From a virus (taxonomy: Duplodnaviria > Caudoviricetes): a stretch of 64,000 bases of DNA. The DNA lies in IMG/VR virus record IMGVR_UViG_2627853630_000004, positions 1-64,000 of that record; one strand, given 5' to 3'. The notes under the pieces are model-generated. The model worked only from the letters and a program-made list of their open reading frames with translations. It did no database searches and was not told the origin of the DNA. Shown here in pieces: positions 37,782 to 44,366 of the stretch. A program made the position numbers and the translations under genes. Each line of letters begins with the position of its first letter. Position 1 is the stretch's first letter.

Positions 37782-37884
37782 TTCGAAATCACGTTGCCAT
37801 CGTGATAACTGCGAGAGGTGTGTAGTCATTGGGCGGTGTGGGTTTTTGATCTTTCCCCTATCCGCCAATTTTTTTCGCAGACGT

Positions 37885-38010
37885 AAAAAAGCCCGCCTTG
37901 CGGCAGGCTTAGTTACCTCGGATAACCGACCAAAGTATTTCCGAGAGGTTTGCGGCGCTTACCAGGCGCCGCAAGGCAAGACCAATACCAACTAACGCTG
38001 ATACTGATCA
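37885..38010 (-). ncRNA. predicted trans-acting antisense sRNA (~125 nt)
   Basis: TATAAT at 38022-38017, two hairpins, then GCCTGCC-GCAA-GGCGGGC-T6 terminator (37910-37885); carries the complements of the repeated RBS motifs. Confidence 0.6.
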
Positions 38011-38033
38011 GCCGTGATTATACGAGGAACGCT

Positions 38034-38327
38034 ATGAAAGCGCCAGATATCACAACCACGCTGTACCTCCATCTCAACGCATTTACATCTGAACCGTTAA
38101 TTTGCACATGTGACATGTCACATTTTGGTCATGCGTTAATTTCAACGTGTGAAGTCTCCGTGCCATTTCCTGAAATAACCCCCGAATACCTTGCAGAACG
38201 CAAGATGTCAGCGTTACGGGAACAGCAACAAAAAATTCTCTCTGACGCTCAAATCAAGGCGAATGAACTGGAAGACCAGGTTCAGAAATTGCTGTGCGTT
38301 GAGCGCCAGAACAGCACCATTAAGTGA
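38034..38327 (+). CDS. hypothetical phage protein
   Basis: GAGG RBS, CDMS motif, coiled-coil C-terminus. Confidence 0.65.
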   Translation: MKAPDITTTLYLHLNAFTSEPLICTCDMSHFGHALISTCEVSVPFPEITPEYLAERKMSALREQQQKILSDAQIKANELEDQVQKLLCVERQNSTIK

Positions 38328-38337
38328 GGGTGAAGAC

Positions 38338-38622
38338 GTGGGTGATGTAGGTGATTACTACAGGGACTTAAAGCCGTACTTGAAGGAGCAGCGTCGAAAA
38401 GCACGAGATGGTGCATATGGGCGTATCAAAGCGTTCTTTGTTAGAAATGGTGTTCAGTTGGAAGAAGGAAATAACACACTAATTTTCCGCACACCACAAG
38501 GCACTGTTTGCTACTACCCACCAAGCCAGAGGATGCAGCACAAGCAATTATGGAAAGAATGCAGCCCGACCAGCTGCATGAACTATGTGAAAAAACTAAG
38601 AACTGAGAGGCAAGACCAATGA
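38338..38622 (+). CDS. hypothetical phage protein
   Basis: GTG start with GAGG RBS (MGDVGDYYRDLK); ATGA overlap with the next gene. Confidence 0.6.
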   Translation: MGDVGDYYRDLKPYLKEQRRKARDGAYGRIKAFFVRNGVQLEEGNNTLIFRTPQGTVCYYPPSQRMQHKQLWKECSPTSCMNYVKKLRTERQDQ

Positions 38623-40802
38623 CAACAGCAACATTTACCGCTGCTTTCTTTCCAAAGAAATCAGCTCAAAAAAATGGCGCGATACCGCTAGCAACAGCGA
38701 TCGAAGCAAAAAGCAAAAAACTGGCAGAAATGGCAGCAGTTATGCTGCTGGAAGAAACATTCCCTGGTGCCAGTGATAACTTCTTTAAACCAACCATCAC
38801 CGAGGATTCGATCGGTTCACCCCGTCCAGCCGTTGGAACGTTCGATGAGACATTCCTACAGGAAAATGAGCTGGTAGAGGGCGTCTGGCGGCGCATCGAG
38901 GCACCGACTCAGCCTAACGATCTCGTCGATTTCTCCACCCTCTCTTTGCGTGAAAAAATCGCGGCGTTTGCGTTGTATGCGCAATCTGAAATCACCGAGC
39001 ATGAATTCTCTATGGTGTGTGATTATCTCGATCTGCCGGATTTCGATGGCGATGGGGATACTAACGCAGACACGGACAAACTGATCCGCATACTCAGCGG
39101 TATTGAATTGTTGGAACAGGCTACTGACGAATTGCTACTCAGCGTAGTAAATGCCGTTAACGCTCGGTTCCCATCTATCGCAGATGTTGCGGATCGTGAA
39201 ATTCTGGCCTTTGTTGATACGTTAACATGCGCGCCCGGCGAAAATGACACGCAAGCGACAAAGCCGCTGATCGCTGGATTGGATCGTGAACGCCAGTACA
39301 CGCATACGCATCGAACATTAAACCGAGAAGTCGCCCTGTTCCTGGCTAACGACAACATCACAGATCCGTGGGAAGTAACAGAAGAACAGAAGGTTGCGGG
39401 TGATCAGGTGATGAAAAGCGGTGGTGACACGTATTCACGATGGTCAACCGAGTTGAGTATGGTTGAGGGCGCGTTAAAAATCCCCCGCCCCATAGTTTTC
39501 ATCTTGATAAATGAGGCCAAGAAACGCCCTGAATTATTGCTAGATGCAAACGCGCGTCAGCGGTTCGTTGTTGATTTTCTGGCTGAGCACACACCATCAG
39601 AAATCAAAGTTGAAAGCATGGGCAGCGGACGATTCTCTATTGATGGCCTGATGGGTGAAACCGCATCAAATCAGGGAGAAAAAACGGAAGTGGTCAGCAC
39701 GCCTGAGGCTGAAACAAAACAGACTGAAGCCGTTAACCCGCCAGCAGAAACCATTACGCAGCAGGCCAGCACCGAAGCTGGTGAGCAGATCATTAGCGAC
39801 GGCACAGTGCAGCAGGCAAAAGAAGCGCTCGATCAGCTGGGGTACGGCGTTTACGCGACAGAAACGGACGCACCAGCACCAGCACCAGCACCAGCAGACG
39901 ATTTTCAGCAAAGAGCTGAAGCCATTGAAGCCGAGATCGCCAAAAAACCAGACGCGGCACGCGGCAATCTATCTATTTGGCAGGGTGTCCAGAGAACCAA
40001 CCCTGCGCACACAAGGCGGAAAGAAACATGGAAGTGGGTTAACGGAAAACAAGAGCTATTGCGCGCAGTCACTAGCGTCAACCCTACGTACCAAATAATG
40101 AGAGCCACAGAAGTATTTGGACCGTTCGGGTTAGGTTGGGGGGTGGAAGTTACAGAGGAGCGATTCGATCCCGGATTACCACTAATGGAGCCAGTCTTTG
40201 ATAGCTCAGGGAGAGAGATAAACCGAAAACCCATGCGTGATGGTGATGGATCACTTGTCAGGGCGCTAAACCACACAATGCAAATACGATTATGGTACGT
40301 GCTGGATGGTGTGCGCGGAGAGTTTCCCGCTTTCGGGCATACGAAATATCTCTATGCAAAGAATAGTGGTGGCATGGTGTGTGACGATGAAGTCGGTAAA
40401 AAAAGCCTGACAGATGCCATCACAAAAGGGCTGTCAGCGCTTGGCTTTAGCGCCGATATCTACATGGGCATGTTTGATGATGACGAATATAAGAATAAAA
40501 ACGAAGCGGAATTCGGCATCAAAAACGCAAGTGACAAAGCCGAAGACGTGGTGCGTTTTCGCTCTGAGCTGGATGAGAAATTCACACGGAACGCGGCAAC
40601 GATGGAGACGACAGTCAGCGTCAATGAACTCAATAAGGTGTTTGGAGTTCTCGTACGTGAGATCGAAACACATCGTAAAGATGCAGAGGCAAAAGGTGAT
40701 ACAGAATACGCAAAATATCTATCTAGTCGTCTGCGTCGCCTTACTGAAATAAAAAGCGAGCGTGAAAAAGCACTCAAGGCCACTGAAGGGGAAAAAGCAT
40801 GA
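38619..40802 (+). CDS. recombination protein: RecE-like N-terminus fused to a Rad52/Sak-like annealing domain
   Basis: N-terminal KKSA.K.G...IEAKSKK; C-terminal TEVFGP.G.GWG, KKSLTDA..K.LS.LGFSADIYMG.FDD. Confidence 0.65.
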   Translation: MTTATFTAAFFPKKSAQKNGAIPLATAIEAKSKKLAEMAAVMLLEETFPGASDNFFKPTITEDSIGSPRPAVGTFDETFLQENELVEGVWRRIEAPTQPNDLVDFSTLSLREKIAAFALYAQSEITEHEFSMVCDYLDLPDFDGDGDTNADTDKLIRILSGIELLEQATDELLLSVVNAVNARFPSIADVADREILAFVDTLTCAPGENDTQATKPLIAGLDRERQYTHTHRTLNREVALFLANDNITDPWEVTEEQKVAGDQVMKSGGDTYSRWSTELSMVEGALKIPRPIVFILINEAKKRPELLLDANARQRFVVDFLAEHTPSEIKVESMGSGRFSIDGLMGETASNQGEKTEVVSTPEAETKQTEAVNPPAETITQQASTEAGEQIISDGTVQQAKEALDQLGYGVYATETDAPAPAPAPADDFQQRAEAIEAEIAKKPDAARGNLSIWQGVQRTNPAHTRRKETWKWVNGKQELLRAVTSVNPTYQIMRATEVFGPFGLGWGVEVTEERFDPGLPLMEPVFDSSGREINRKPMRDGDGSLVRALNHTMQIRLWYVLDGVRGEFPAFGHTKYLYAKNSGGMVCDDEVGKKSLTDAITKGLSALGFSADIYMGMFDDDEYKNKNEAEFGIKNASDKAEDVVRFRSELDEKFTRNAATMETTVSVNELNKVFGVLVREIETHRKDAEAKGDTEYAKYLSSRLRRLTEIKSEREKALKATEGEKA
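39870..39896 (+). repeat. (GCACCA)4.5 microsatellite encoding an Ala-Pro linker
   Basis: GCACCAGCACCAGCACCAGCACCAGCA, in frame. Confidence 0.85.
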
Positions 40803-41380
40803 GCAGAATTCACCACAACACGGCAATAGCAATTGCCGCTGATATGTCAAAGCTCCAAAGCCTACTGGAAGATTCTGAGGGTGGTATTGGAGAATTAACG
40901 CCAGAAATGATCGAAGACACAATGTCCGGTCTGGAAATGACGCTGGCGGATAAATTAGATTCCGTTCTGGTTCACGTTAGAAACCTGGAAGGTCAAGAGG
41001 AAACCTGCGACAAAGAAATTAAGCGCCTAAGTGATCGTAAAAAATCATTCCGCAACCAGGCAAAGCATCTGAAGCAATACATTTTAAATTGCCTGCTGGC
41101 GGCCAATCTCGACAAAATCAAAACAACAAAGAACACATTTACTGCGCGAAAAGGCGTGGTAAATGTGGTTATCGATAATGAATCACTTGTGCCTGACGAA
41201 TTCGTTAACTTACAGACAATCATAACGCCAGACAAGAAAGCCATTAAGGAGGCCATAGAATCCGCAGAGGCGGCGGTCGTGGAAATCACCGCGCGTGGCG
41301 AAACCCCTCCGGCTGAGTTGTTAAATCCGGTACCCGGTGCGCACATTGAAATCGGTGCGCGTTCTCTGCAAGTGCGGTAA
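40799..41380 (+). CDS. Siphovirus Gp157-family protein
   Basis: EIKRL..RKK......LKQY, PDKKAIKEAI, VPGAHIE....LQVR. Confidence 0.85.
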   Translation: MSRIHHNTAIAIAADMSKLQSLLEDSEGGIGELTPEMIEDTMSGLEMTLADKLDSVLVHVRNLEGQEETCDKEIKRLSDRKKSFRNQAKHLKQYILNCLLAANLDKIKTTKNTFTARKGVVNVVIDNESLVPDEFVNLQTIITPDKKAIKEAIESAEAAVVEITARGETPPAELLNPVPGAHIEIGARSLQVR

Positions 41381-41415
41381 CGGCTGACCACCGTATAGCA
41401 AGCGAGGCAAGACCA

Positions 41416-41592
41416 ATGCTAAAAATGAGCGCGCAGCGCGGGGACGTTATTCATATTGTTTTTGCTGATGGCCGGAATGGAATGATCGCAGTTCAATCAC
41501 GCAGTGTGCTGGCGATTCATTTTCCGCCAGATGTGAAAATAACGCGTGAACGTCGCCAGCAGGAAAAACTGATTAACGATAATCAGAAATAA
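41416..41592 (+). CDS. CsrA/RsmA-like small protein (58 aa, absent from the ORF track)
   Basis: MLKMSAQRGDVIHI...VLAIHFPPDVKITRE aligns without gaps to CsrA at M1, L2, G9, I14, P37, V40, R44, E45. Confidence 0.65.
   Translation: MLKMSAQRGDVIHIVFADGRNGMIAVQSRSVLAIHFPPDVKITRERRQQEKLINDNQK
41569..41586. promoter_or_regulatory. second YdaT/CII-type site (pI-like)
   Basis: CTGATT-AACGAT-AATCAG upstream of the orf-xis-int genes. Confidence 0.6.
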
Positions 41593-41639
41593 CCCGCCAT
41601 TAGCAATACCGTGTGACCTCCATTTTACAGGGGGTCACA

Positions 41640-41846
41640 ATGCAAGTATGGAAACCGGGCAAGTGCCTGTTATCTGAGTTCGATATTAAAATCGGTCGGC
41701 TGTCTGCAAGCGTAAGGAAGACCACTCTAACGCAACAGGATATAGACCAGTCTTGTGCAGCAGCCGACGCAATCATTGATAAATTAAGGCAAGACCATGA
41801 CCGACCTGTTAACCGACGACGAGCTAATAGAACTGACAGGCTATAA
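41640..41846 (+). CDS. small hypothetical phage protein
   Basis: GGGGG RBS; FDIKIGRLSASVR. Confidence 0.55.
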   Translation: MQVWKPGKCLLSEFDIKIGRLSASVRKTTLTQQDIDQSCAAADAIIDKLRQDHDRPVNRRRANRTDRL

Positions 41847-42012
41847 GTATGCGTCGAAGCAACGCGCCGCTCTAACCCGATCCGGCATTTCGTTTATCAC
41901 CCGTAGGGATGGGCGACCCAGCGTCACATGGGCGGCAATTAATGCCAGCCTATCCACTGTGAAAGCTGAGCAATTTAAAGACGTTGAACAGCCTAATTTT
42001 GATGCGATTTAA
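41797..42012 (+). CDS. xis: excisionase-like protein (DUF4224-like)
   Basis: LLT.DELIELTGY...SKQ...L...GI.F..R.DGRP.V, PNFDAI; directly before int. Confidence 0.82.
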   Translation: MTDLLTDDELIELTGYKYASKQRAALTRSGISFITRRDGRPSVTWAAINASLSTVKAEQFKDVEQPNFDAI

Positions 42013-42014
42013 TC

Positions 42015-43040
42015 ATGGCTCGTAAACGTAAAGATCCCCGCGATAACGCATTACCGCCACGCGTATATCGCGGGAAAAGTAAATATGAATTCCACCCGAT
42101 TGGTGGCGGCTCTATTTCACTATGCCCTCTCGATTCCCCCATTCCACTAATCTGGGAGAAATACGACGCGGCAAATAATTATCGCGAGGAAAAATTTACT
42201 CTGGAACGAATGGCCGGGCGATTTATGCAATCACCAGACTTCCTCGATCTCGCGAGTGAAACACAAAAGGACTACCGGAAATACTCTGCGAAAATAATTC
42301 CAGTTTTTGGGGGGATGTCGCCGGATTCGATTAAACCTGAACACATCAGGAAATACATGGATAAACGGGGCGTGAAAAGCAAGACGCAGGCGAACAGAGA
42401 AAAGGCGTTTCTTTCGCGAGTATTTCGGTGGGGATACGAGCGGGGGCTATGTAAAGGCAACCCATGCAAGGGCGTTAAACAGTTCAAAGAGGTGGCGCGA
42501 GATCGTTACGTGACTGATGACGAGTATAACGCCCTGTACTCCGTCGCAGCTCCATTTGTCCAGGTGGCTATGGAAATAGCCTATCTGTGTCTCTCACGGC
42601 AGGGGGATGTTCTCTCGCTGACTGAGGGGCAAATATTAGATCAGGGGATTTTTATCGCTCAGGGAAAAACGGGCGCAAAACAAATCAAGGCATGGACGGA
42701 CAGGCTGAGAGCCGCTGTAACAAATGCACGTAACTTGCCAATAAAACCGGGCATCAGCAGTATGTACATAATCCATCAACCGACCGGAGGGCGCTACACT
42801 CGCGACGGATTCAACAGCCGCTGGCAGCAAGCCAAAGAAGATGCGGCCACGGCGTTCCCACACTTGAGCTTTGATTTCACTTTTCACGATCTCAAGGCTA
42901 AAGGGGTTTCAGATCTCGATGGGACGTTAGCAGAAAAACAGGCAATATCGGGACACATGACAATCAGCCAGACAGCACGATACGACCGAAAGATACCGAT
43001 CGTTCCTGTTGTGGGTGGTCAGAATAAAAATTCAAAATAA
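42015..43040 (+). CDS. int: tyrosine integrase of prophage 1
   Basis: R (SRQGD), K (QGKTG), HDLK, GH, Y (TARYDR); adjacent to att. Confidence 0.93.
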   Translation: MARKRKDPRDNALPPRVYRGKSKYEFHPIGGGSISLCPLDSPIPLIWEKYDAANNYREEKFTLERMAGRFMQSPDFLDLASETQKDYRKYSAKIIPVFGGMSPDSIKPEHIRKYMDKRGVKSKTQANREKAFLSRVFRWGYERGLCKGNPCKGVKQFKEVARDRYVTDDEYNALYSVAAPFVQVAMEIAYLCLSRQGDVLSLTEGQILDQGIFIAQGKTGAKQIKAWTDRLRAAVTNARNLPIKPGISSMYIIHQPTGGRYTRDGFNSRWQQAKEDAATAFPHLSFDFTFHDLKAKGVSDLDGTLAEKQAISGHMTISQTARYDRKIPIVPVVGGQNKNSK

Positions 43041-43103
43041 TTGCATATTCACCAAACACGCAAAAATCATATTAGGAAGAATATTAGGAAAGGCGGTTTT
43101 AGG

Positions 43104-43229
43104 TACAAAAAAACCGCCTTTCGGCGGTCTACGACATTGCACATAAGTGCTTGTTTTAATTCGTATTAAATCAATGGTGCCCGGGGCGGGACTTGAACCC
43201 GCACAGCGCGAACGCCGAGGGATTTTAAA
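43104..43229 (-). repeat. att site copy 2 (tRNA-Leu 3' half at 43175-43229): junction of prophage 1 and the P2-like prophage
   Basis: Direct repeat of 208-333; includes the ACCGCC-GAAA-GGCGGT-T7 terminator. Confidence 0.92.
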
Positions 43230-43359
43230 AAGTTACACCACATCAAATAAAACAATAGGTTAAGTGATATCAAATGGTTGCGCATACGCAATAACACGAA
43301 ATTTCACGCCACTCCTGTTTTTGCTGCCACCGAAAAACGAGATTCCGCCACTACAATTA

Positions 43360-44364
43360 TTAATCTGTAGTTAATGAATCGAACGGGTTTAAGGTAACAG
43401 CCGCATCCAGATGATCCGGTGCAAAATGGGCGTAACGCATCGTCATGGTGATCGTGCTGTGACCTAAAATCTGTTGCAGTACCAGAATATTTCCGCCGTT
43501 CATCATGAAGTGTGATGCGAATGAGTGACGTAAAACGTGGGTAAGTTGCCCGCTAGGTAGCTCAATGCCAGCCCGTTTAATGGCGTACTTGAAAGACTCA
43601 TAAGCTGGGGTGAAAAGCGAACCACGCTTCTTAGGCAAAAGGCTGCGCATCTTCTCAGAAATTGGCACCGTTCTGTTTTTATTCCCTTTCGTTCTGGTGA
43701 ACGTGACGCGGCTTGGCAGGATTTGAGATTGCTTTAAATCCTGTGCTTCACTCCACCGCGCTCCTGTCGCCAGGCATAGACGAACGATGATACCCAAATC
43801 CTTATTGTCTGATTCGTCACATGCAGTCAGCAGGCGCTTTATTTCATCGGGATAAAGAAATGCCAGTTCCTGATCCCCCTCTTTGAACTGGCGTATGCCG
43901 TCCAATGGATTTTCTTTATCCCACTCCCCCATCCTTTTCAACTCGGAAAAGACCGCGCGTAGGTAAGAGTATTCACGGTTGACCGTCGCTTCTTTCAGAA
44001 CGGCTTTACCCTTTGGATTCCACTCACCTTTAAGGCGTCGTTCGCGATACACGGCAAACATATTTTTATCAACGTCGATAGCAAACGGATCACCCAAGCG
44101 TTCACAGATAGCGAGTAATTTCGTGTAGCGGGAATCACCGGACGATAACGTTTTGCCGTGCATGTCATACCAACGCTGAACCAAATCTTTCAGAGTGATA
44201 TTACTGGTTGTGGTATCAATGCCTTTTTTATCGGCCATAAGGCGGCGCTCATAGGAAAGCGCCTCACCACGGGTGGCAAACTGTTTGCGGATGCGTTTAC
44301 CATCACGGCCATAAGGGAAGCACTGGCAAAGCCATTTGCCGGATGGAAGTTTACTTACAGCCAT
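43360..44364 (-). CDS. int: P2/186-type tyrosine integrase
   Basis: TGARWSEA, TKGNK.R, HVLRHSFASHFM, LGH...MTMRYAH. Confidence 0.95.
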   Translation of the reverse strand: MAVSKLPSGKWLCQCFPYGRDGKRIRKQFATRGEALSYERRLMADKKGIDTTTSNITLKDLVQRWYDMHGKTLSSGDSRYTKLLAICERLGDPFAIDVDKNMFAVYRERRLKGEWNPKGKAVLKEATVNREYSYLRAVFSELKRMGEWDKENPLDGIRQFKEGDQELAFLYPDEIKRLLTACDESDNKDLGIIVRLCLATGARWSEAQDLKQSQILPSRVTFTRTKGNKNRTVPISEKMRSLLPKKRGSLFTPAYESFKYAIKRAGIELPSGQLTHVLRHSFASHFMMNGGNILVLQQILGHSTITMTMRYAHFAPDHLDAAVTLNPFDSLTTD

Positions 44365-44366
44365 AA

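Larger units (their letters stand above)
279..43229. mobile_element. Prophage 1: ~42.9 kb temperate lambdoid-control myovirus-type prophage, apparently complete
   Basis: Bounded by direct repeats of the tRNA-Leu 3' fragment; contains int/xis, immunity, replication, lysis, packaging, head, sheath/tube, baseplate and tail-fibre genes in canonical order. Confidence 0.93.

Noticed and set aside
37821-37830. pL-leader decamer TGTAGTCATT complementary to the cro start (36627-36636)
   Set aside because: A 10-nt match is within chance for this search space and has no supporting structure.
39870-39896. Phase-variable repeat
   Set aside because: The 6-bp unit preserves frame; it is only a linker-length polymorphism.
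32823-41797. AGGCAAGACCA repeats as a CRISPR-like array
   Set aside because: Copies are dispersed, irregularly spaced, on both strands and tied to start codons; no cas genes or repeat-spacer periodicity.
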